Positions 1-6,872 of a stretch of 60,075 bases of DNA are shown here, in pieces. Numbering within the stretch: position 1 is the stretch's first letter; each line of letters opens with the position of its first letter. Made by a program: the position numbers and the translations under genes. The stretch is from a virus (taxonomy: Duplodnaviria; Caudoviricetes), in IMG/VR virus record IMGVR_UViG_3300025133_000112, positions 1 through 60,075 of that record, one strand, 5' to 3'. A model generated the notes under the pieces. The model worked only from the letters and a program-made list of their open reading frames with translations, searched no databases and was not told the origin of the DNA.

Positions 1-2
1 TA

Positions 3-149
3 TATGGATCCATTCATGGATCAACTGATGCAAATAAAACTATTTGTAATTTTGACATAGATCATAATTGGTATATAATAAATAATACATTTGATGGTGA
101 AATTACTTGTAAGAAATGTTTAAAAATTTTGAGGGATTCGTCTAGTTAG
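3..149 (+). CDS. Partial (5'-truncated) small Cys/His protein
   Basis: Open frame YGSIHGSTDANKTIC...ITCKKCLKILRDSSS* runs from the window edge and overlaps tRNA-Glu by 19 nt. Confidence 0.45.
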   Translation, partial: YGSIHGSTDANKTICNFDIDHNWYIINNTFDGEITCKKCLKILRDSSS

Positions 150-208
150 GTCTAGGACACTAGCCTTTCACGCTAGTAACACGGGTTCAAATCCCGTATC
201 CCTTACCA
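131..208 (+). tRNA. tRNA-Glu(TTC)
   Basis: Acceptor GAGGGAT/ATCCCTT, anticodon arm CTAGC-CTTTCAC-GCTAG, TTCAAAT T-loop, encoded CCA. Confidence 0.95.
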
Positions 209-218
209 AAAGAATTTT

Positions 219-295
219 AGCGGGATAGAGCAGTTGGTTAGCTTACCGGCCTCATAAGCCGGATGTCGTCAGTTCAAATCTGACTCCCGCAACCA
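219..295 (+). tRNA. tRNA with CAT anticodon, initiator-Met-like
   Basis: Anticodon arm CCGGC-CTCATAA-GCCGG; 1:72 mismatch (A:A) as in initiator tRNAs; encoded CCA. Confidence 0.9.
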
Positions 296-300
296 AATTT

Positions 301-392
301 CTGGTTTATTCCTGTACACTTGCTCTCATAACAGGGTAAGAAATTAATTAAGGAATTCTAGACTGTTAATTAATACAATTAGGGTAAACTGG
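301..392 (+). ncRNA. Candidate small structured RNA
   Basis: CTGGTTTATTC (301-311) pairs with GGGTAAACTGG (382-392) using G-U pairs; internal hairpins; lies between tRNAs. Confidence 0.35.
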
Positions 393-399
393 ACCGGTT

Positions 400-564
400 T
401 TATAGATATTAATGATTAAGGAATTATATTAGGAGATCGATATCATGGTATAATTTATCGAGGTCATGAATTGCGATGAGATGAAATACAGCAATGTCTG
501 TAGCTCATGCGGTCCTTCAATATAGCCATGGATGAAAAAGGAAGAGCCACATTAATATCTATAA
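400..564 (+). ncRNA. Candidate structured ncRNA (~165 nt)
   Basis: Perfect 15-bp closing stem TTATAGATATTAATG/CATTAATATCTATAA with nested stems; lies inside the tRNA cluster. Confidence 0.6.
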
Positions 565-571
565 TTTATTT

Positions 572-647
572 GCCGATATAGCTCAGTTGGTAGAGTAGTT
601 GATTTGTAATCAACGGGTCGGGAGTTCAAATCTCTCTATCGGCTCCA
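572..647 (+). tRNA. tRNA-Thr(TGT)
   Basis: Acceptor GCCGATA/TATCGGC, anticodon arm GTTGA-TTTGTAA-TCAAC, CCA. Confidence 0.95.
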
Positions 648-648
648 T

Positions 649-725
649 GCGTTTATAGTGTTTAACGGATAGCACGACAGGCTTCCACCCTGTAAGTATG
701 GGTTCGAATCCCTTTAAACGCTCCA
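649..725 (+). tRNA. tRNA-Gly(TCC)
   Basis: Acceptor GCGTTTA/TAAACGC, anticodon arm ACAGG-CTTCCAC-CCTGT, U discriminator, CCA. Confidence 0.93.
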
Positions 726-726
726 T

Positions 727-825
727 AGCTCCTTAGTTCAGTTAGTGGAACAGTTAGTGGAACAGTTAGTGGAACACCTGGTTTGGGCCAGGTTGTCGGA
801 GGTTCGAATCCTCCAGGAGTTGCCA
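727..825 (+). pseudogene. Aberrant tRNA (Pro-TGG or Gln-TTG) with triplicated D-arm segment and 6-nt anticodon loop
   Basis: Acceptor AGCTCCT/AGGAGTT, T arm and CCA intact; CAGTTAGTGGAA x3 at 739-774; anticodon arm CCTGG-TTTGGG-CCAGG. Confidence 0.7.
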
Positions 826-834
826 TTTAAATAT

Positions 835-909
835 AGAGTCTTAGCTCAGTCTGGTTAGAGCATCGGATTCCAAATCCGAGTGTCGAGAGTTCAAATCTTT
901 CAGGCTCTG
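835..909 (+). tRNA. tRNA-Trp(CCA)
   Basis: Acceptor AGAGTCT/AGGCTCT, anticodon arm TCGGA-TTCCAAA-TCCGA; no encoded CCA end. Confidence 0.92.
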
Positions 910-932
910 CACTTATTAAAGGAGATATAATT

Positions 933-1174
933 ATGAAAACATATAAAGAAATTTGTAAAACATATATAGCTGATAAAAAGAATGCATGGCTTAAATATAG
1001 ATATGGTTCACAGGATAGAATATTACATGTATTGTCATGCTTGACTAAGAAACAAAATAATATGTTATAGATCCAATTACTAAATCAAGAAGATTACCAG
1101 ATGATTGGACAGTTGAATTAGATGAAAATATAAATATATCAGGTTTAGATTTAAATGATGAAATCATAACTTAA
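933..1174 (+). pseudogene. Small gene apparently broken by a 1-nt frameshift
   Basis: Strong RBS AAGGAGATATA; MKTYKEICK... stops at 1070 and a protein-like frame (YVIDPITKSRRLPDDW...) continues to 1174. Confidence 0.45.
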
Positions 1175-1186
1175 TAGGAGTCTTAT

Positions 1187-1498
1187 ATGAAAAAATTATT
1201 ATTTTTATTATTACTACTACTACCAGCAATTTGTTTTGCAGAAGATCAAAGATTTACCAAATTAGATGAAAATCTTGATGGTAAATTATCTAAAGATGAA
1301 TATGTTGAATCATTTTATACTAAGGATAAAAATGATGATGGATATATTTCTGAAGATGAAACAAATGGAAATATATCAAAATTAGATTTAGATAGTGATA
1401 GTAGATTATCAATGCCTGAATTTATAAATTCATTTAGTAAAAAAGATTTAGATAATGATGGATTCTTAATTGAATCTGAGCTTATAACAGTAAAGTAA
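1187..1498 (+). CDS. Secreted EF-hand protein
   Basis: Sec-type signal peptide MKKLLFLLLLLLPAICFA plus four DxNxDGxI/LSxxE-like loops. Confidence 0.8.
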   Translation: MKKLLFLLLLLLPAICFAEDQRFTKLDENLDGKLSKDEYVESFYTKDKNDDGYISEDETNGNISKLDLDSDSRLSMPEFINSFSKKDLDNDGFLIESELITVK

Positions 1499-1507
1499 AT
1501 AAAATGT

Positions 1508-1583
1508 TCGGGAGTAGCTCAGTTGGTAGAGCGTCGGTCTGTTAAACCGAATGTCGGGAGTTCAAGTCTCCCCTTCCGAGCCA
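1508..1583 (+). tRNA. tRNA-Asn(GTT)
   Basis: Acceptor TCGGGAG/CTTCCGA, anticodon arm TCGGT-CTGTTAA-ACCGA, CCA. Confidence 0.95.
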
Positions 1584-1667
1584 AATTATTTTTTAAAAAA
1601 TTATGACAAACTATGTAAATAATATATAATAGATCTAAACATTAATTATTTAAGGAGAAATTTAATC

Positions 1668-1877
1668 ATGAAGAATGGACTTTGGCAAAGAGTATGTAGC
1701 CTTGATGCAGATCCTTTTAATAGGGATAGAGCAAAAGCAAATCAAGCAACAAAGATTAATCCTGTATTTATAGATGCTTGTAGCAAAGCAGGAATTGATC
1801 CAACAACTCGTCAAGCAAGTAAGTGGAACCATAAGAAGGGTGCTGCTTTTAAAACTAAGAATCACATAAGATTTTAA
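1668..1877 (+). CDS. Hypothetical protein
   Basis: RBS AAGGAG and an upstream sigma70-like promoter (ATGACA...TATAAT). Confidence 0.7.
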   Translation: MKNGLWQRVCSLDADPFNRDRAKANQATKINPVFIDACSKAGIDPTTRQASKWNHKKGAAFKTKNHIRF

Positions 1878-2005
1878 TCTTATCAACCTTTAATGCAAAT
1901 AGGAGAAAACAGTATGAATTATTATTTATCCAACAATCTATATTATTTAAGTCCCCTATTTGCATCTTATCTCTGTAGTTTATATTAAAAGATACAAATA
2001 ATTCT

Positions 2006-2087
2006 GGAAGATTCGTTCATGGGGACAAACAGTGTTGAATACTGTGGGGCTTCGGCCTAGAGGGTTCGATTCCCTTGTCTTCCTCCA
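2006..2087 (+). tRNA. tRNA-Ser(TGA), atypical
   Basis: Acceptor GGAAGAT/GTCTTCC, 4-nt D loop, anticodon arm ACAGT-GTTGAAT-ACTGT, long variable arm with TTCG loop, CCA. Confidence 0.75.
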
Positions 2088-2152
2088 AATAATTTTGACA
2101 ATTTTAGTTTAAAATTATATAGTTAGTTATATAAAATTTAAGGAGAAATAAA

Positions 2153-2641
2153 ATGTTAAAGAATGGTGATGAATTTTTAATTATTAGAAAAGCAATTGTA
2201 TCTTTTATTCATGAAGATAAAAGTATTTGTTTTAATTGGAAAGATGAAGAAAAAATTGAAGATAATTATTATTATTATATTGATCTAAAACATGCAATTC
2301 CTTTAGACTCTATTGAATATAAAGCTGAAATTAATATTGGTGATAAAATTTTTGATGATGAAAAAAATGAGTTTGTTGAAATAGAATTGAATAATTTAAA
2401 TGATTATATTGATGGAGATTATTTAGTAATTAAATCATCAAAAGTTAAATTAAAAAAATGTCCTATTTGCAAAAAAATAAAATCACTTAAAATTCTTAGA
2501 GGTGATGATATAGGTTTAATGTATAACGGTCTTCCAAAAGATTTTGTTATAATATGTGATGGAAATAAAGGTGGTTGTGGTTTATCAAGTGGTGCATCAA
2601 AATCAAAAGAAGATGTTGTAAATAGATGGAATAAAAGATAA
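2153..2641 (+). CDS. Protein with C-terminal Lar-like (restriction alleviation) zinc finger
   Basis: LKKCPIC...CxxxxxxCG...VNRWNKR pattern typical of Lar-family domains; RBS and TTGACA promoter upstream. Confidence 0.6.
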   Translation: MLKNGDEFLIIRKAIVSFIHEDKSICFNWKDEEKIEDNYYYYIDLKHAIPLDSIEYKAEINIGDKIFDDEKNEFVEIELNNLNDYIDGDYLVIKSSKVKLKKCPICKKIKSLKILRGDDIGLMYNGLPKDFVIICDGNKGGCGLSSGASKSKEDVVNRWNKR

Positions 2642-2649
2642 CTTAATAT

Positions 2650-2733
2650 GGGACTATAGAGGAACTGGTCTACTCATGGGACTCAAAATCCCTGGCTTCG
2701 GCCGTCCGGGTTCGAATCCCGGTAGTCCTACCA
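2650..2733 (+). tRNA. tRNA-Leu(CAA)
   Basis: Acceptor GGGACTA/TAGTCCT, anticodon loop CTCAAAA, variable arm GGC-TTCG-GCC, CCA. Confidence 0.92.
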
Positions 2734-2752
2734 TTTAAAAGGAAAATTAGAA

Positions 2753-3010
2753 ATGATAACACATGTTGCAATAAAATATGATAATCTATCTTATATATTA
2801 GTAAAGCCGAATAGACATGGTGATTTAATAAAAATGATGGCTCAAGAATTTAGTATGAAAAAGGAAACTATGGGTGAACAAGGATTTTATTCACCCGATA
2901 CTGGTTTTTTAAATAGAAAGGATGCATTAAAGCATGTTGAAGAATGTGGACAAGAGTTAATTAGAAAAACACACCCAAAAGATGAACTATTTAGCGAGGA
3001 TCTATGGTAA
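2753..3010 (+). CDS. Conserved phage hypothetical protein
   Basis: RHxD...QGF...GFLNR...GQ...LFSEDLW pattern, recalled from small phage proteins. Confidence 0.7.
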   Translation: MITHVAIKYDNLSYILVKPNRHGDLIKMMAQEFSMKKETMGEQGFYSPDTGFLNRKDALKHVEECGQELIRKTHPKDELFSEDLW

Positions 3011-3369
3011 TGGAAAAAATATTAATAAAGGAAGTATTTATATCTATAATAAGAAAAATAAAAAATATTATTTATGATTTTTCTTATTATGCTGATAGTT
3101 CAGTACCTATTAAAAATGTTTATCCTGTTTATTCTGATCATGATTATCTAAATTTTAATCCATTTGATGCTGATTTTGAAGAGGGGATTAGATGTAGAAC
3201 TATTAAGATGGTTAAAACAAGAAAAGATCATCAATGTGCTTTAAATGACCATATTATTCCAAAGGGAAGTACTGTTAGATTTGAAAAGGCAATTGTTGAA
3301 GGTAAATGGGGTTCATATTATGTTTGTAAACCATGTATGATTAATTGGTTTAGGGAAATAGGAGTTTAA
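3010..3369 (+). CDS. Hypothetical zinc-binding protein
   Basis: KTRKDHQC...H...CKPC motif; coupled to the upstream stop codon. Confidence 0.65.
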   Translation: MEKILIKEVFISIIRKIKNIIYDFSYYADSSVPIKNVYPVYSDHDYLNFNPFDADFEEGIRCRTIKMVKTRKDHQCALNDHIIPKGSTVRFEKAIVEGKWGSYYVCKPCMINWFREIGV

Positions 3370-3370
3370 A

Positions 3371-3520
3371 ATGAACGATGAAATGATTGAAATTACAAGA
3401 GAAAGATTTGAAGAACTTAATGATTGTGAAGATAAACTATTAGCATTTGAAGCAGCTGGAGTTGATAATTGGAGTGGTTATGATTTTGCAATGGAAATAT
3501 TAAACGGAGAGCATGATTAG
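3371..3520 (+). CDS. gp5.9-like host RecBCD nuclease inhibitor
   Basis: 49-aa acidic ORF absent from the ORF track: MNDEMIEITRERFEEL...AFEAAGVDNWSGYDFAMEIL; the GVDNWxGY motif is that of T7-group gp5.9-like proteins; RBS GGAG. Confidence 0.65.
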   Translation: MNDEMIEITRERFEELNDCEDKLLAFEAAGVDNWSGYDFAMEILNGEHD

Positions 3521-3530
3521 GAGAAATAAA

Positions 3531-3710
3531 ATGTCATATAAAGTAGTACATATTATTAAAGGTTTTGATAATGGTAAATATAGTCATTTAGAAAAATATA
3601 TTGATGATAATGATAGTATTTTTATTATTGAAGATAAAACAGAAAATTTTTGGCATGCAGAAGATTTTTTCTATAGAAATGATATAGGATCTTTTATTGT
3701 AATAGATTAA
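3531..3710 (+). CDS. Hypothetical protein
   Basis: RBS AGGAG before ATG at 3531. Confidence 0.6.
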   Translation: MSYKVVHIIKGFDNGKYSHLEKYIDDNDSIFIIEDKTENFWHAEDFFYRNDIGSFIVID

Positions 3711-3714
3711 AAAT

Positions 3715-3755
3715 ACCCGGGTAGGCGAATTGGTATAGCCAACAGGTTTAGGCCC
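3715..3755 (+). pseudogene. 5' half of tRNA-Leu(TAG), truncated
   Basis: ACCCGGG-TA-GGCGAATTGGTATAGCC-A-ACAGG-TTTAGGC-CC, then unrelated sequence; no T arm found nearby. Confidence 0.7.
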
Positions 3756-3782
3756 AAAATAAACCTAAACTAGACCTAAACT

Positions 3783-3825
3783 AAGTAAATAATTATACTA
3801 AACTCAAAGGAGAAGTATAATTATG
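3783..3825 (+). promoter_or_regulatory. Late promoter plus hairpin occluding the endonuclease start region
   Basis: AAGTAAATAATTA motif; ATAATTATACT (3789-3799) pairs with AGTATAATTAT (3814-3824), enclosing the RBS and covering the AT of ATG. Confidence 0.7.
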
Positions 3826-4494
3826 CGATACTTAGTATATAAAATAACGAATTTAATAAATAATAGAATTTATATAGGAATTCATAGAACAAAAGATATA
3901 AATGATGATTATATGGGTTCTGGTAAAATTTTAAATCTAGCTAAAGAAAAATATGGACTAGATAAATTTAAAAAAGAAATTCTTTATGATTTTGATACAG
4001 AAGAAGAAATGCTTCTTATGGAAGAAAAGATAGTTAATGAAGAATTTCTTTTGAGACCAGATACTTATAATTTAATTAAAGGTGGAATTGGTGGATGGCC
4101 ATATAATAAAGTTATTATAAAAGATAAAGATGATAATAAATTTATGGTGTCAATTGATGATCCAAGATATTTATCTGGTGAATTTGTATCTTTAGTTAAA
4201 AATACATTAAATGTTAAAGATAAAAATGGAAATATTTTTAGAATTTATATTGATGATCCAAGATATTTATCTGGTGAATTAATACCTATTTGGTGTAATA
4301 GAAGTCATAGTGATGAAACTAAAAAGAAAATAAGTAAATCTGTTTCTAAAAGTATATCTGGTAAAAATCATCCACAATATGGTAAATGTTGGATTTATAA
4401 TTTAGAATTAAAGAAAAGCAAATCTATACCTAAAGATGAATTAGAAAATTGGATTAAAGATGGATGGGTTAAAGGACGTAAATTAAATTTTTAA
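3823..4494 (+). CDS. GIY-YIG (Seg-like) free-standing homing endonuclease
   Basis: LVYKITNLINNRIYIGIH...YMGSG...YNL; duplicated IDDPRYLSGE; NUMOD3-like HSDETKKKIS. Confidence 0.92.
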   Translation: MRYLVYKITNLINNRIYIGIHRTKDINDDYMGSGKILNLAKEKYGLDKFKKEILYDFDTEEEMLLMEEKIVNEEFLLRPDTYNLIKGGIGGWPYNKVIIKDKDDNKFMVSIDDPRYLSGEFVSLVKNTLNVKDKNGNIFRIYIDDPRYLSGELIPIWCNRSHSDETKKKISKSVSKSISGKNHPQYGKCWIYNLELKKSKSIPKDELENWIKDGWVKGRKLNF

Positions 4495-4498
4495 AGGA

Positions 4499-4696
4499 AT
4501 GATCATGACAAATAATAAAATTAGAGATAGAATAAGAACATTATTTTATAGTCCATTAGATTATGAAAATAGTATAAATGCTAGTAAAAATAGAATTATA
4601 AGAGAACATGAGAATAAATTAAAAGATAGTAAAATAGAATTTTTTAATTCACCACAAACTCAAAAAGAATGGTCTAATAAGGAGGTAAAAAAGTAA
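4499..4696 (+). CDS. Hypothetical protein
   Basis: ORF fills the gap between the endonuclease and gp32. Confidence 0.5.
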   Translation: MIMTNNKIRDRIRTLFYSPLDYENSINASKNRIIREHENKLKDSKIEFFNSPQTQKEWSNKEVKK

Positions 4697-4766
4697 ATAA
4701 TATTATAGAACAAATACAACAAAACGAAATTAACAACAAACAACAAAACGAAAGGAAAACAACAAC

Positions 4767-5702
4767 ATGGATTTTAAGAATTTTAAGAAGAACCGTAAAA
4801 ACCTAAGTAAAAGCGTAGATAAACTAAAAGCCCAAAAGCCATCATATATTGATGATAGATTTTGGACTCTCACCAAAGATGCAGCCTTTGTTGGCGAAGC
4901 AATTATCAGATTTCTTCCTCAGAAAGATATTGATCTTTCACCTGTAGCACTTTATTACAAGCATGGATTTCAAGAAAATGGAAAATGGTTTTGGGAAAAT
5001 TGTCCATTCACCCTTGGAAAGGATTGTCCAGTTTGTGATTATGTTCAGCCATTTTGGGATGAAGGTTCAGAACCTTCAAAGAAGAAAGCTGGAAAGTATA
5101 GTAGAAAGAAGAATCATGTAGCAAATATTCTTGTAGTAAAAGATCCTGCTAAACCAGAAAATAATGGAAAGCAATTTCTATTTAATTTTGGCGTAAGTAT
5201 CTTTGATAAGCTAATGGAAAAACTTGCTCCTGAATCTGAATTATCTGAAGTTTCTATGGTACATGATCTTTGGGATGGACAGAATTTTCACCTTAAATCA
5301 AAGAAGAAAGATAAGTATCCAAATTATGATACATCTGAATTTCTTCCTGCAAAAACCCCTATAGCTAAGACTGATAAAGAAATTGAGACATTCTATAATG
5401 CAATTATAGATCTTAATGAATTTATTGATCCAAATAAGTTTAGAGATTATAAGCTTATTGAAGAGAAATTCAATACTATCATGAAGATAAAATCTACAAA
5501 TAAAGTTGAAGTATCTGATAATACACCAGAAGCAACTGAGGAAATTTCTGAAGAATCTAATGTAGATTCTATTATCACTGAGTCTAATGATACTGAGGAA
5601 GCTTCTGTGACACTTGAGGATGATTCAAATGTTAAAGCAACAGATGAAGAGGATGATGATTTTAACTTTGATGATGATGATTTTAACTTTGATGACGAGT
5701 AG
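4767..5702 (+). CDS. gp32: Single-stranded DNA-binding protein
   Basis: DDRFW, IIRFLP, HGFQ..GKWFWENCP...CPVC, NILVVKDP, NYDTSEF, acidic tail. Confidence 0.95.
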   Translation: MDFKNFKKNRKNLSKSVDKLKAQKPSYIDDRFWTLTKDAAFVGEAIIRFLPQKDIDLSPVALYYKHGFQENGKWFWENCPFTLGKDCPVCDYVQPFWDEGSEPSKKKAGKYSRKKNHVANILVVKDPAKPENNGKQFLFNFGVSIFDKLMEKLAPESELSEVSMVHDLWDGQNFHLKSKKKDKYPNYDTSEFLPAKTPIAKTDKEIETFYNAIIDLNEFIDPNKFRDYKLIEEKFNTIMKIKSTNKVEVSDNTPEATEEISEESNVDSIITESNDTEEASVTLEDDSNVKATDEEDDDFNFDDDDFNFDDE

Positions 5703-5734
5703 AAATTAAACTAATTACTTTTGTTCTATAATAG

Positions 5735-5770
5735 AAAATGGCCTACTAAATATTTAGTAGGCCATTTTTA
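5735..5770. terminator. Bidirectional intrinsic terminator
   Basis: AAAATGGCCTACTAAA-TA-TTTAGTAGGCCATTTT between convergent genes. Confidence 0.85.
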
Positions 5771-5772
5771 TT

Positions 5773-6249
5773 TTAAGGTGTTACTGGTACTGATGTAACT
5801 GTATATCCATTCATTTGTATAAAAAATCCAATAGCATATATAATTAATGTTATAAATCCTATAATAAATGGTAACTTTATTTTTGCCCATGTACTTAAGG
5901 TATTTAAAGTTGTTTTTATTTTTATAACATTTGCATAAATTAATTTTATATATTTATCAATATTTTCTGTATGTTCTTGAATATCGTCAATAGCTTTGCC
6001 AAGAAGCGGTATTTTATCTATTTTTTTATCATTTGAATTAATTATTTGTGCATTAGTTTTAAACATTATTAATAAATCACTAAAGCACTCTTTGATGTAA
6101 TTTAAGTCTTCATGATGTTTTGTATAATCCTTATTATTAGGTAAATCGTCAACGAGGATCTCGATTCTTTTAACGAGGCTAGTGAACTCAGATAGAATTT
6201 CAGTATTTCGGATTACAATATCAATATACTTAGCATCATCATCGCCCAT
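5773..6249 (-). CDS. Coiled-coil protein with C-terminal transmembrane helix (possibly holin-like)
   Basis: Hydrophobic LPFIIGFITLIIYAIGFFI near the C-terminus. Confidence 0.6.
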   Translation of the reverse strand: MGDDDAKYIDIVIRNTEILSEFTSLVKRIEILVDDLPNNKDYTKHHEDLNYIKECFSDLLIMFKTNAQIINSNDKKIDKIPLLGKAIDDIQEHTENIDKYIKLIYANVIKIKTTLNTLSTWAKIKLPFIIGFITLIIYAIGFFIQMNGYTVTSVPVTP

Positions 6250-6437
6250 TTTTATTTTTCCTTTATTTTATTATTTATTTTATTCTTAACCTTTTTTATA
6301 GATTCTAATATTTTCTCTTGTTCTTCTTTAAGTTTATTGTTGAAAAATAATTCCCTATTAGTCATTATATTTTTTTCCTTTATAGTCAATTTATGGTATC
6401 CAATTGAATCTAGTATAAGCATAACATTTTTCTTTTA

Positions 6438-6872
6438 TTATTTTTCTATTTCGTTTATTTCTTCGATTATCTCATTTAATGTTTTTTCACCAACTCCACC
6501 TTTATCATCATCAGCATCTCCATTCGCTGGGATTTTACTAGATTCTTGTTTCTTGTTAATTTTTAATTGTTTATCATGCATCTCTTGTAATTCTTTAGAT
6601 GCATTTATCATCATTTTTATAACACTTGCACAAGCATCAATAGCTTTTGGGCTTTTATCTATTGCTATTGATTTTAAAGATTCTCCGACGACGGTCTCAC
6701 AAATAGCTATTGACTTTCTTAATTTTGTGCGTACAAATTCATAGTCACAACTTATATCTAATTTATAGTCATCATTGAATTCAAATTTTTCTTCTTTAAT
6801 TTCTAATTCTTTAATTTCAAGATCATCATCAATATCTAATATGTCTGCTATTCCTGCTATATTTGGTTTCAT
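6438..6872 (-). CDS. gp16: Terminase small subunit
   Basis: DYEFVRTKL...SPKAIDACASVIKMMINASKELQEMH pattern; position after gp15. Confidence 0.75.
   Translation of the reverse strand: MKPNIAGIADILDIDDDLEIKELEIKEEKFEFNDDYKLDISCDYEFVRTKLRKSIAICETVVGESLKSIAIDKSPKAIDACASVIKMMINASKELQEMHDKQLKINKKQESSKIPANGDADDDKGGVGEKTLNEIIEEINEIEK

Noticed and set aside
515-550. SRP (4.5S) RNA from the AGGAAGAGCCA resemblance
   Set aside because: The upstream half of the conserved domain IV helix is not recognisable
739-774. CAGTTAGTGGAA x3 as a mini CRISPR array
   Set aside because: The 12-nt units are contiguous with no spacers and lie inside a tRNA D arm
2006-2087. tRNA-Sec or opal suppressor
   Set aside because: The anticodon reads TGA (Ser), not TCA, and the stems are the canonical 7/5
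3715-4500. Group I intron in tRNA-Leu
   Set aside because: No catalytic core elements and no 3' tRNA exon are visible after the endonuclease
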